DNA of 64,000 nucleotides, taken from NCBI GenBank assembly GCA_963782055.1, contig CAWAIF010000003.1:4896001-4960000 (forward strand). The letters run 5' to 3'. Below, piece after piece: positions 8,849-18,352 of this stretch. Made by a program: the position numbers and the translations under genes. How positions within the stretch are numbered: position 1 is the first letter of the stretch; each line of letters starts with the position of its first letter. The stretch is from an uncultured delta proteobacterium. GTDB lineage: Bacteria > Myxococcota_A > Polyangia > Polyangiales > Polyangiaceae. Under the pieces are notes generated by a model. It was not told where the DNA came from. It searched no databases and saw only the letters and a program-made list of their open reading frames with translations.

Positions 8849-10234
8849 ATGCGCCTGTCCAAACTGCTCGTCCCGGATCTGAAGGAGCTCCTCAAGGAGG
8901 ATCCCGACCAGGTGCGCGAGCTGCTCGACGAGATCCACCCCGAGGATCTCGCCGACGTGGTGAGCGAGCTCGACCCGGACGAGGCCGGCGAGATCCTCTC
9001 CCGCCTCCCGGCCGAGGAGGCCGCGCCCATCTTCGAGCGCCTCGACGAGTTCGAGCAGGAGGAGCTCATCGAGACGATGCCGCCGGAGAGCGTGGCGCGC
9101 ATCGCCAGCGAGATGGAGCCGGACGATCGCGCCGACCTCTTCTCCGCGCTCCCGGAGGACGTGGGCGATCGCCTGCTCGCCACCCTCGAGAAGGTGGACC
9201 CGGAGGCCGCGGAGGACGTCCGCGAGATCGAGAAGTACGCCGACACCGCCGCCGGCCACCTGATGACGACGAAGTACGTCTCGGTGCCGCCCACCGCGAC
9301 GGTGGCCCAGGCGCTGGACGCGGTGCGCGCCTTCGTCAAGGAGAACGAGGACTCGCCGGTCTACAACGTCTACGTCATGGACGAGCGCGAGCAGCTGCTC
9401 GGCCTCATGTCGCTGCGCGAGCTCGTCGCCGCCGACCCCAACGACAAGCTGGAGGAGCTGGCGCGCACCAACATCATCACCGTGCCCCCCGACATGGACC
9501 AGGAGGAGGTCGCCCGCAGCATGGCGAAGTACGACCTCGCCGCCGTGCCCGTCGTCGGTCCGCACAACGTGCTCCTCGGCATGATCACCATCGACGACAT
9601 CATCGACGTCCTCACGCAGGAGCAGACGGAGGACGTGCAGCGGATCGGCGGTGTCGAGCCGCTGGACGTGCCCTACTTCCAGACGAGCTTCTTCGAGTTC
9701 ATCAAGAAGCGCGGCGTGTGGCTGCTCATCCTCTTCGTCGAGGAGTTCTTCACGCAGACCGCCCTGCGCTACTACGACCCCGTCTTCGAGGCGATCAAGG
9801 GCGCCAGCTACTACGTGCCGCTGCTCATCTCCACCGGCGGCAACTCCGGATCGCAGTCCTCCACCCTCATCATCCGTGGCCTGGCGGTCGGGGAGATCCG
9901 CCCGCGCGACTGGTGGCGCATCGTCTTCCGCGAGGCGGCGATGGGGCTGGTGCTCGGCGCGATGCTCGGCGCGATCGGCTTCGCGCGCGTGCTGATGTAC
10001 CCCGACCAGCACGTCAACTTCGCCCTCACGGTGGCGATCACGCTGGTGGGCATCGTGATGACCGGGTGCACCATCGGGTCGATGCTGCCGCTCGGGCTCA
10101 AGCGCCTGGGCTTCGACCCGGCGACGAGCTCGACGCCCTTCATCGCGAGCGTGGTGGACGTGGTCGGGATCATCATCTTCGTGCACGTCGCGCAGATCGT
10201 GATGGCCGCGGTGATCGCCCGCGGAGGTCATTGA
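8849..10234 (+). CDS. mgtE: Magnesium transporter MgtE
   Basis: HPEDLAD N-domain, TAAGHLMT CBS region, GGNSGSQ, and DPATSSTPFIASVVDVVG. Confidence 0.95.
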   Translation: MRLSKLLVPDLKELLKEDPDQVRELLDEIHPEDLADVVSELDPDEAGEILSRLPAEEAAPIFERLDEFEQEELIETMPPESVARIASEMEPDDRADLFSALPEDVGDRLLATLEKVDPEAAEDVREIEKYADTAAGHLMTTKYVSVPPTATVAQALDAVRAFVKENEDSPVYNVYVMDEREQLLGLMSLRELVAADPNDKLEELARTNIITVPPDMDQEEVARSMAKYDLAAVPVVGPHNVLLGMITIDDIIDVLTQEQTEDVQRIGGVEPLDVPYFQTSFFEFIKKRGVWLLILFVEEFFTQTALRYYDPVFEAIKGASYYVPLLISTGGNSGSQSSTLIIRGLAVGEIRPRDWWRIVFREAAMGLVLGAMLGAIGFARVLMYPDQHVNFALTVAITLVGIVMTGCTIGSMLPLGLKRLGFDPATSSTPFIASVVDVVGIIIFVHVAQIVMAAVIARGGH

Positions 10235-10312
10235 CCTCACGTCCCGGCGCCATCCCCGTTGCCCGTTGGTTGAGGTTCACGACCACCGATCGGCGCGCAG
10301 AAAGGAGCGAGG

Positions 10313-11092
10313 TCACTTCTTCGGCTTCTTCGCCAGGCTGGCGGGGCACTCGACGGCGGCGACGGTGTAGTCGTCGGAGGTCGCGGGGATGATGTGGGTG
10401 GGGTGGGGGCCGGCGGTCTTCGGGCAGTAGGTGAAGTCCACCTCCGCCGAGGCGGGCGGCGTCGCCAGCTTGTCGCCGAAGGGGGTCTTCATCTCCAGCG
10501 TGAGGGTGTTGCCCGCGCCGGCGCTGATCGCCAGCACCCGCACGCAGCGGCCGTTGAGGACGAACTTGGTGTCCAGGGTCTGCTCGCCGGAGGTGGTCTG
10601 CGGCGGCATGAGCACGTCCTTGCATCCCTTCACGTAGAGCTCCTTGAGACGCGCCGTCATGCGCGCCTCGCCCAGCGCGCCGACCTCGCTCGCCCTGGCG
10701 GCCTTCGCCTCCTCGACGGCCTTCGACGTGGCCGCGGGGCCGCCTCCCCGCGTCTTCGGCGCGGCGGCGGCGGCGGCGGTGGTGGGGGCCGGCGCGGCGA
10801 GGTAGACGACCGCCAGCACCGCGCCGGTGATGAGCAGCGGCACCGCGATGACCAGCACCACCAGGATGCCCATCGCCCGGCTCGCGGATCGCCGCGTGGT
10901 CTCGGCGGTCTCCAGGGCGAGCTCGCGGGACTCGCGCTCCAGGCGCTCCCGGCGCTGCTCGGCGCGCGCCTCCAGGATCTCCGGCGGCAGCGTGGTCTCC
11001 TCGCCGCAGAACTCGCACCGCGCGACCACCGCGTCGACGTCGTCGGGCACCGCGAGCGCCGCACCGCAGCTATGGCAAACGAAGCCGTCCAT
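10313..11092 (-). CDS. Zn-ribbon membrane protein with an extracytoplasmic Cys-containing domain
   Basis: CHSCGA..CEFCG at the N-terminus, a coiled segment, one TM, and a Pro/Ala linker. ATG at 11092. Confidence 0.75.
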   Translation of the reverse strand: MDGFVCHSCGAALAVPDDVDAVVARCEFCGEETTLPPEILEARAEQRRERLERESRELALETAETTRRSASRAMGILVVLVIAVPLLITGAVLAVVYLAAPAPTTAAAAAAPKTRGGGPAATSKAVEEAKAARASEVGALGEARMTARLKELYVKGCKDVLMPPQTTSGEQTLDTKFVLNGRCVRVLAISAGAGNTLTLEMKTPFGDKLATPPASAEVDFTYCPKTAGPHPTHIIPATSDDYTVAAVECPASLAKKPKK

Positions 11093-11214
11093 GCGTCCGG
11101 AGCATAACCCGTCGCGGACACGAGGGCCCCCCGGCTCCTTCCTTCCTCGAGCCACGCCCGCCGCGACGCAACGCCCGACGTGTGAGGCTTGGCTAGCGAT
11201 GCCGAAAAGACCAG

Positions 11215-11744
11215 CTACTTCTGGCAGATCGCCTCGCATCCCGCGGTGCCGTTGCGCTCGACGCAGAAGCAATCGTACGCCCCCGCGGGCTGGCCGCAGG
11301 ACCACCGCAGGGCGCAGAAGCCAGTGTCCTTTCCCTTCGGCACGCCACAGAAGGAGAGGCCGCGACCGTCGCCGACCACGTACTGCGTGGCCCACGCGTC
11401 GCAGAAGGCGTCGCCGGAGGGGCCGGCGTTGCACGCCGGCGGACCGAGCACGTCCCCCACGCAGAAGTACGGCGGCGGCTGGAACTTGATGCCGCACGCC
11501 GCGGTCGCCATGCCGGCGGGCTCAGTGGTCCGTATCCACTGATCGCACACCGGATCCTCGGTCCCGGCCTCGGCCGTGCAGCTCGGTCCAGGGTACCGAG
11601 CGTCCACGCTCGCGTCGTAGTCGACGCACCCCCACCCGGCGTCATGGATCGCGGCCAGATCACCGCCCTGGGCAGGGTCGATCACCTTGCCGTTGCTGCA
11701 CGCCGTGAGCGCCAGCGGGACGAGGACCACGGGGCTCGCGTCAC
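11215..11744 (-). CDS. Cys-rich lipoprotein, cassette partner copy 2 (possible 1-nt loss near the start)
   Basis: Lipobox LTAC. Paralog of 12400-12948. The GTG at 11744 overlapping the upstream TGA is out of frame with the body; the in-frame GTG at 11730 leaves a very short signal. Confidence 0.6.
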
Positions 11745-12380
11745 GGATTGGTGATGGTAGCAGCCTGGCCGGTGCCGAGCTGGTTGTGGCTCTTGTCATA
11801 GGCCGTGTACACGGGGAACACGTCGAGGGTCGTGTTCTGCGACGCGCACACCGTGAGCGGAGCGGCGGCCATCTCGTTGTAGTTGCCCAGCCGGTAGTAC
11901 GACCCGCCTGTCGAGAGCTGGAACACCGGCTGGAGGCGCAGGGACTGCCCCCCGGTGCCAGGCTCCCACGTGTTCGCCGTGACGCTGCGCGGATCGCGCG
12001 AGTCGTTCATGGTGACCTCGACTCGCTGGTCGTGCGCATCGGACTCATAGCGGACACGCCGTCTGCCCGGGCGCCATCGCCACGCCGCCGCACGGGCCCG
12101 CGCCGGCCGCGTCGCAGAGCGTCCACGGGATCGTCGTCGTCGGGGAGGGGTTGTCGATGAAGCCCCAGCCCATCGGCGAACCGTTGCTGTTGTTGAAGGC
12201 CGCCAGCAGGCGCCCGTTCTGGAACACCGTCGAGAAGGTGTTCTGGCTGGGGCTCATGGGATCCAGCCTGCCCACGTGGCCGCTCGCGGACGCGACCGAG
12301 CCGACCGGCTCGTGACGGGAGCAGCCCAGCCACGCCGCGAAGAGGAGCAGCGAGAACGCGACATTTCCCCGAAAAACCAT
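11741..12380 (-). pseudogene. Internally deleted BNR/sialidase-like lipoprotein, cassette copy 2
   Basis: AAGGAGG RBS, ATG at 12380 and lipobox WLGC, with a stop at 12045. Another frame from about 12058 reads RYESDAHDQRVEV..RLGNYNEMAA, matching YYETDQNDVQYTV..RGLGDYQSMIA of copy 1. Confidence 0.7.
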
Positions 12381-12399
12381 GAGCACACCCTCCTTCATT

Positions 12400-12948
12400 T
12401 CACTGACACGGAGACTCGCAGGTCCAGCCGGCGTCGCGAGCCACACACAGCTGCCAGTCAGCGCAGTTCGAGAACTGACCATTGCACTCCCCTTGCGCCA
12501 CGAGCCGGCACTCCGAAAAAACGTTAGCCTCGCATCGGGCAACAAAGGAAGCGCTACCACGAATGAACTGTCTGAAGAACTCATGGCAGTAGGCATCGCC
12601 CTGCGGACCTGGGATGCAGGCTGAGGGCGGAAGAAATGCCACGCAGTTGCTAGCATTGGGATCGTCCGAGGGGGCGCACGCAACAAACAGCGGCTCTGGG
12701 GCGGAGAGCGTCTTCCGACACTCCTGGTCTATCGCCGGCACGCCCGCGTCGCCGCATGCTGCGGGCGTGATCGGCGCGTGGAAATCGCCACAGGCCACCC
12801 CGTTGGGGGCGGTCAACGGTGCCAGAGCGTCCACGTCGCCGCCCGCGGTCAGGCCGTGCCAGCCGTCATCGACGGTGCCACCGCAAAACGCCGCCGTGGC
12901 GCCACAGGTTAGCGACAGCACGCCGAGGAGGAAGCGCCGGAGATGCAT
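12400..12948 (-). CDS. Cys-rich secreted/lipoprotein, cassette partner copy 1
   Basis: GAGGGG RBS, signal MHLRRFLLGVLSL..AAFC, and GPQGDAYC and CVARDAGWTCESPCQ motifs. Confidence 0.75.
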   Translation of the reverse strand: MHLRRFLLGVLSLTCGATAAFCGGTVDDGWHGLTAGGDVDALAPLTAPNGVACGDFHAPITPAACGDAGVPAIDQECRKTLSAPEPLFVACAPSDDPNASNCVAFLPPSACIPGPQGDAYCHEFFRQFIRGSASFVARCEANVFSECRLVAQGECNGQFSNCADWQLCVARDAGWTCESPCQ

Positions 12949-12958
12949 CGTGGGCCCC

Positions 12959-13892
12959 TCAGTTTGGGTCCACCCGGAGGTTCTGCGACTTCACCTGCGA
13001 GAGCGGCCCGCCGGTGATCGTCACCTGTCCCGTCCACATCGGCCGGAAATCGGCCGTGGCCGGGCAGGTCGAGCTGTCGCCCGACTGGCTGGCGATCATC
13101 GACTGATAGTCGCCCAGGCCACGCTGTCCCTGGCAAGTCGGCCCACCGCCGGTGGGGACGGAATCGAAGAAGCCCAGCGCCGGCTCTATCTGGTCGGGGC
13201 CCTGCCATGGCAATTCCACCGTTCCGAGGATCGAGCGGGCACGGAAGCGGACGGTATACTGGACATCGTTTTGGTCGGTCTCGTAGTAGAGAACACCGAC
13301 AGCGCTCTTGGTTGCCGCGACCGTCGGGAAGAAGAGTGCGGCACCCCCAGAGTCAGGGAGGAAGGCGGCCACGCTACAGACGCCGGTCGTGTATTGCTGC
13401 GTGTCGCCGCAGAACTCGCTCCAGTGACTGCCGAGGTCCACGCTGCGAAAGAAACGGATGGACGAGAGCGTGTCGGCGATCGCAGCGTAGTACGTACCAT
13501 TGGGCGCGCGAGCAAAGCCGAAGTTCCTGAAGGACGTGTCCAGCTGCGACATCGCGCACCAGGAGAAGTTGTTGCTGTGGTAGATGTAGGCGTTGGGTGT
13601 CCAGCTATCACCGCCGTCGAAGGACGTCACGGTGCCCCAACCCGCCGAGACCGTGCTCGTCGGGCAGCAGGGGTCGTCGGAGCGGTTGAGGTACACGACG
13701 GACACGGCGCCGCCACCGGCCTGCGCCAGGAACCCTCCCTGACCTCCCACGAACCCCGGACCTTCGTCATCGCTGCACGCCGCAAGGCCGCCGAGCCCCA
13801 CGGCTAGCGCCGCGAGAGCCGCCCGGGCGCGGAAACGACCGCGAAGCTCACCCCTGCCTGCCTGCCTGCCTGCCTGCCTGCGCGAAGATCAT
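12959..13892 (-). CDS. Asp-box (BNR)/exo-sialidase-like lipoprotein, out of frame at a (CAGG)7 tract
   Basis: AGGAGG at 13906-13901, ATG at 13892, the tract, then TGA. The shifted frame encodes RGRFRARAALAALAVGLGGLAAC, Asp-boxes SFDGGDSW and SVDLGSHW, and GDY. Confidence 0.75.
13853..13880 (-). repeat. Tetranucleotide SSR (CAGG)7, i.e. (CCTG)7 on the + strand
   Basis: Seven perfect units read directly, starting at codon 5 of the gene. Confidence 0.97.
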
Positions 13893-14067
13893 GCCGGCGC
13901 CCTCCTGAAGTTCACGCTATCTCGTGAGACTGCGCATACAAGCACGAACGCGACATTATCCACGCGCCGAATCTGGAAGCATCTGCACCGGGCGTTCGGA
14001 CTGACCGATTGGTCGCGTCGATCGACTCCCTAGGGTGTAGTTTCGTCCCGAGCCAGGCGGGATCAGC

Positions 14068-15183
14068 TCAGTACTGCACGGGCGTCGGGACGTTGCGCAG
14101 GTCCGTCGTGCGGTCGGCGATCTGCCCGTGATCGTTGGCGCCGAAGCAGCGCAGCCAGCCGTCCTCCATGCGCACGCAGGAGAAGCCGTCGCCGACGGCG
14201 ACGTTCGCCGCCTCGTAGAGACCGGTGACGAAGGTGGGGACCGTGACCGCGTCGTTCGCCGACATGCTCGCCTGGTGGGCGTCGTTGCGGCCCCAGCAGT
14301 GGACCGTGCTGTCGCCCATGCGCGCGCACGTGTGGTGCCCGCCCGCCGCGATGTCCTTCACGATGTTCTCGCCGGAGACGGGCCGCGGCACCGCGCGGTC
14401 GTGCGTCGTGCCGTCGCCCAGCTCGCCGTCCGCTCCCCTGCCCCAGCACTGCGCCGTCTCGTTCTGCATCACCGCGCAGGCGTGGGTGGCGCCCACGGCG
14501 ACGGAGCGGATGCCCACGGCTTCCACTCGCACCGGGACGGGCGAGCCGTCCGTCTTGCCGTCGCCGAGCTGGCCGACATCGCCGGCGCCCCAGCACTTCG
14601 CCATGCCGTCGAGCATCACCGCGCAGGTGGTGTCGCCGCCCGCCGCCACGTGCGTGGCCGCCGCCGTGCCGGCCACCAGCACCGGCGACGCGTGGTCGGC
14701 CTTCGCGCCGTCGCCGAGCTGCCCGGTCGCCCCGGCGCCCCAGCAGAAGACGCCCTGCCCGGTGACGACCGCGCAGGTGTGCGCGGCCCCGCACGCGACC
14801 TGGGTGGCGTGCGCGACCGCCGGCACCGTCACCGGCGCGGAGCTGGCCGCCACCTTGCCGTCGCCGAGCTGCCCGTGGTCGTCCTTGCCCCAGCACGTCA
14901 CCGCGCCCGACTTGCCGATCGCGCACGCGTGCCCGCCCCCCACGCACACCGACGCGGCGCCGGAGACGCCGGGCACCACCGTGGGCGTGAGCAGGCGCGC
15001 GGCGGCGCCTGGTACCAGCCCCCCGCGGTTGTCTCCCCAGCAGCGCACCGAGCCGTCGTGCATGACCCCGCACACGCTGGTGCCCTGCGCGGCGACGGCG
15101 TCCAGCTTGTACGCGTCGCCGTGCTTGCGGTGGCACCCCGCGAGGGTCAGGAGCGCGAACGGGACGACGACGGCGCGATGCAC
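14068..15183 (-). CDS. RCC1-repeat lipoprotein
   Basis: Repeated HxC...CWG...GQLGDG and lipobox LAGC. GTG at 15183 preferred over the track start at 15228. Confidence 0.9.
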   Translation of the reverse strand: MHRAVVVPFALLTLAGCHRKHGDAYKLDAVAAQGTSVCGVMHDGSVRCWGDNRGGLVPGAAARLLTPTVVPGVSGAASVCVGGGHACAIGKSGAVTCWGKDDHGQLGDGKVAASSAPVTVPAVAHATQVACGAAHTCAVVTGQGVFCWGAGATGQLGDGAKADHASPVLVAGTAAATHVAAGGDTTCAVMLDGMAKCWGAGDVGQLGDGKTDGSPVPVRVEAVGIRSVAVGATHACAVMQNETAQCWGRGADGELGDGTTHDRAVPRPVSGENIVKDIAAGGHHTCARMGDSTVHCWGRNDAHQASMSANDAVTVPTFVTGLYEAANVAVGDGFSCVRMEDGWLRCFGANDHGQIADRTTDLRNVPTPVQY

Positions 15184-15247
15184 GCGGCAACGTCTAGCAC
15201 GCGCGGCGCCCGCGGGGGGCTCTGCCATGCGTGGCAGACACTCCGCC

Positions 15248-17086
15248 TCACTTCGGGACGGGCGGGACGACCACCGTGTTGATCGGCTGCACGCTCGCGC
15301 CGGCCGGGTACCCGTAGCTCACCGCCTGCGAGTAGAAGCCGCCGCAGTTGTTGCACCGGTACTGCCCGCCCGTCTCCGCGGAGCCCCAGCCCCATACGGT
15401 GAGACCGAAGGGCGCCTTGCTGGAGATCTCGTGGCGGCCGTTGTCGCAGTTGCCCTGCTTCTGGAAGTTGTGACGCACCAGATCGGTGCGCGTGTACTCG
15501 TAGTTGCCGCTCGACCCGACCGGCTGCCAGCCCGTCAGCGTGCCCGCGCAGTCCAGGTTGACGTCCTCGAATCCGTTCTGTCCCTTCTCCCGCACGACGA
15601 CCAGGTTCGTCTCGGGGTAGGTGGGATCGGTGAAGAACACGTACGAGGGCAGGTACTGCTGCGGCGGGATCATGTTCACGAACTCGGGATCACCGCGGCA
15701 GTCGCCGCCCGTCCAGTACAGGGTGCAGCCCGTCATGTACTGCGCCATGTAGAAGGGGTGCTTGGCGTCCTGGCTGCTGACGACGAAGGGCCCCGGCGCC
15801 TGGAACTCCGCCGTCTGCCCCGCCGCGAGCGTCGTCGGCGCGCCCGCCGGGGTGGAGGGCTCCCACTTGAGGGTCGTGCCGTCCACCGCGCCGACGAGGC
15901 GCCACGGCGGGCTCTCCGCGGTGCCGTAGCGGTCGCGGTACTTCACGCCGACGTACTCGTGGCCAAGCGCCTTCACCGGCGGGAGCTGCTGGTGCGCGGC
16001 ATCGCACGCGCCGGCGTTGCTGGGTACGTCCATGCAGGTGGCCCCGCCGAAGACGGCGACGGGCTTGGTCGCCTGGATGGGGCTGCCGATGAGCTCCGCC
16101 GACTGGACGAACTGCAGGTACTGCCCGGCCTTCAGGTTGTAGGTGATGGGCGTGCCCTGCGGGTCCGCCGAGACCCCGCCGCCCCCGACGATGGCCGCCG
16201 TCGGGCTGATGGTGACCGCCGTGTCCTCCGCCGCGACGACGCTCACCCACGGGCTGCCCGCGGTGTTCTTGTAGGCGTCCACCGCGACGTAGTTGTCGTC
16301 CCAGGCGGGCGTGGGCAAGAGGAGGGTGGCGCTGGTGATGGCGCTGTTGCCGCCGCCGTAGGGGTAGATCTGGTAGCCCACGACAGGCGCCGAGGTGATG
16401 ATGTGGAACGCGTCGCCGATGCCGGTGCCGTGCAGGGCGGGGTCGGTCGTCAGCGCCGGGGTGATGCCCGCCGGACACCCGACGGGCGCGTTCGCCGTGG
16501 CGGCGAGGAAGAGGATCGCCACCTGGTTGGCGGGGATCTTTCCGCTCGGAAGCGGGCTGTAGGTGATCGACTGCCCGCTGCCCGAGGGGATGCGCTCGGC
16601 GCTGGCGATGTTGGGCAGCGCGACGCCGTTGCGCTCCACGCTCACCGAGACGGGCGAGCCCCAGGTGTTGGCGATGTAGACCGCCCAGCAGTCGCCGTAG
16701 TCGCCGGGGTACATGTCCGGGTAGAAGGTCCAGTAGTCGCAGCCGATGGTCGTCTTGCCGGCCTTCGCCGCCTCGCAGGCGTCCACGCACGCGCCGCCCG
16801 CGCAGCCCTGGTTGTCCGGGCACGTGCTGACGATGTTGTTGTTGCAGTCGAGGACCTGGTGCAGGTCGCTCGAGCAGTGCACCGCGCAGGCCGCGCCGTC
16901 CTTGCCGCCGCCGTCGCCGAAGGGGTTGCCGCCGTCGTCGAGGGGCGTGGTGGAGTCTCCCCCCAGCCCGCCGTCGGGGTTCTGGAAGGTAACGGGCGGC
17001 GTGCTGCCACACGCCGACAGCCAGAGGGACGCAGCCGCGACCGTCGCCGCGACCGCCACGCACCACGAGCGCGCGGTCTTCGTCAT
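15248..17086 (-). CDS. IgGFc-binding-protein-like surface lipoprotein
   Basis: Lipobox LSAC; SATLLLPTPAWDDNY, KPVAVFGG..C, QQLPPVKALGHEY and GDPEF..PPQQYL motifs. Confidence 0.85.
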   Translation of the reverse strand: MTKTARSWCVAVAATVAAASLWLSACGSTPPVTFQNPDGGLGGDSTTPLDDGGNPFGDGGGKDGAACAVHCSSDLHQVLDCNNNIVSTCPDNQGCAGGACVDACEAAKAGKTTIGCDYWTFYPDMYPGDYGDCWAVYIANTWGSPVSVSVERNGVALPNIASAERIPSGSGQSITYSPLPSGKIPANQVAILFLAATANAPVGCPAGITPALTTDPALHGTGIGDAFHIITSAPVVGYQIYPYGGGNSAITSATLLLPTPAWDDNYVAVDAYKNTAGSPWVSVVAAEDTAVTISPTAAIVGGGGVSADPQGTPITYNLKAGQYLQFVQSAELIGSPIQATKPVAVFGGATCMDVPSNAGACDAAHQQLPPVKALGHEYVGVKYRDRYGTAESPPWRLVGAVDGTTLKWEPSTPAGAPTTLAAGQTAEFQAPGPFVVSSQDAKHPFYMAQYMTGCTLYWTGGDCRGDPEFVNMIPPQQYLPSYVFFTDPTYPETNLVVVREKGQNGFEDVNLDCAGTLTGWQPVGSSGNYEYTRTDLVRHNFQKQGNCDNGRHEISSKAPFGLTVWGWGSAETGGQYRCNNCGGFYSQAVSYGYPAGASVQPINTVVVPPVPK

Positions 17087-17123
17087 GGGGTCTCCAGCGC
17101 CGCGGGGTTGCACCGGGCGCGTG

Positions 17124-17138
17124 GCCCCCATTGTGCCA
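17124..17138 (-). promoter_or_regulatory. Possible sigma54 -24/-12 site (TGGCAC-N5-GGGC)
   Basis: Consensus -24 box with GG-N10-GC spacing, about 38 nt before ATG 17086. The -12 box is imperfect. Confidence 0.3.
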
Positions 17139-17215
17139 CGGAAGAGCCAGCACCGCACGGCACGCCGCCGCGGAAAGCAGCGCCCTCGACGCGCGCGTGG
17201 TGCCGTATCCCCGTC

Positions 17216-17229
17216 GGAACAGAGCTTGC
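17216..17229 (+). promoter_or_regulatory. Putative sigma54 promoter (GGAAC-N5-TTGC)
   Basis: GG-N10-GC with TTGC, about 32 nt before ATG 17261. Confidence 0.5.
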
Positions 17230-17260
17230 GTGAGGCGGCCGGTTGGCGGATTCTGACCTC

Positions 17261-18295
17261 ATGCATTCCCGGCTTCGTCTGGCCCTCGCCGCCGGTGCCC
17301 TGAGCGCCAGCGCGCTGCTCTGGGCTGCGTGCGGACTGGACGCGTCGGGGCTACTCGGGGTCGACGCCGGGCAGCCCGACGGCACGGTGGAAGCGGGACC
17401 GGATGGCCCGGATCTGGACGCCGAGCTGGACGTCGCCGTGGACACCTACGTCCCGCCGCCCTGCTCGACGCTGGATGCCTCGTGCCTGCCGCCCTACGAC
17501 CAGGACGCGTGGGTGCCCATCGCCCTGGCGGCGAAACCGAACAACCCCTGCCCCGACCCGCCCGACGGCAGCGACGCGGGCTTCAACACGCTCGATTACA
17601 TCGCCAACCCGAAGGCGCAGGCCGGCGCGTGCTTGTGCGGCTGCACCAACGCGGGCTCGCCCAACTGCGGCGGAAACGTGACCGTGGCGACCTCCGACGC
17701 CGGCAACTGCTCCAACGCGGCCACGACGACGATGGCGGCCAACGCCGGCTGCGTCGCCTTCGGCATCCCGGCCGACCCCGACGCCGGGCTGGACGGGGGA
17801 GGCAGCGTGAAGGTCACCGCGCCGCCCATGGATGGCGTCACCTGCAACACCAGCCGCACCGGCGACGCGGGCTGGACTGCCACGCGTGTGCGCGCGTGCG
17901 AGCCGGCCTCCTGCGACACCGATTTCTGCGGGTTGAAGGGCTACACGCTCTGCATCGCCCACCTGGACCCGACCGACGGCGGCTGCCCGAGCGGCTTCAA
18001 GCCGCACGCGGCGTACGGCGCGGGAGCCGGCGTGAATTGCCCCAACTGCGCTGGCTGCACCCTGACCAACGCCAAGTGCAGCGGCGCGCTCGTCGGCTCC
18101 GACATGAGCGACTGCTCGGGCAACCCCGACTTCACCGCCCCCGGCAACGGGGTCACGTGCACCCCCTTCTCCGGGGCGACGCAGGCGGTGTACTGGGACG
18201 CTGGCCCCTTGCCGAGCGTCGGGTGCGACATGAACGCCCAGTCCCTCGGCCTGGCGAAGCTCGCGGGCACCTTTACAGTGTGCTGTCAGCCTTGA
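17261..18295 (+). CDS. Cys-rich lipoprotein, tandem paralog A
   Basis: WAACGLDASGLL lipobox region, many Cys, ends TVCCQP. Confidence 0.85.
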   Translation: MHSRLRLALAAGALSASALLWAACGLDASGLLGVDAGQPDGTVEAGPDGPDLDAELDVAVDTYVPPPCSTLDASCLPPYDQDAWVPIALAAKPNNPCPDPPDGSDAGFNTLDYIANPKAQAGACLCGCTNAGSPNCGGNVTVATSDAGNCSNAATTTMAANAGCVAFGIPADPDAGLDGGGSVKVTAPPMDGVTCNTSRTGDAGWTATRVRACEPASCDTDFCGLKGYTLCIAHLDPTDGGCPSGFKPHAAYGAGAGVNCPNCAGCTLTNAKCSGALVGSDMSDCSGNPDFTAPGNGVTCTPFSGATQAVYWDAGPLPSVGCDMNAQSLGLAKLAGTFTVCCQP

Positions 18296-18352
18296 CCTGC
18301 GGCCCTGGTCGCGAGATGCCTTGACCCTGAAGATGATTTCTCACGGAGGCCG

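Noticed and set aside
11100..14067. Integrase/transposase or att/direct repeats bounding the island
   Set aside because: No mobility gene, tRNA or flanking direct repeat could be seen by eye.
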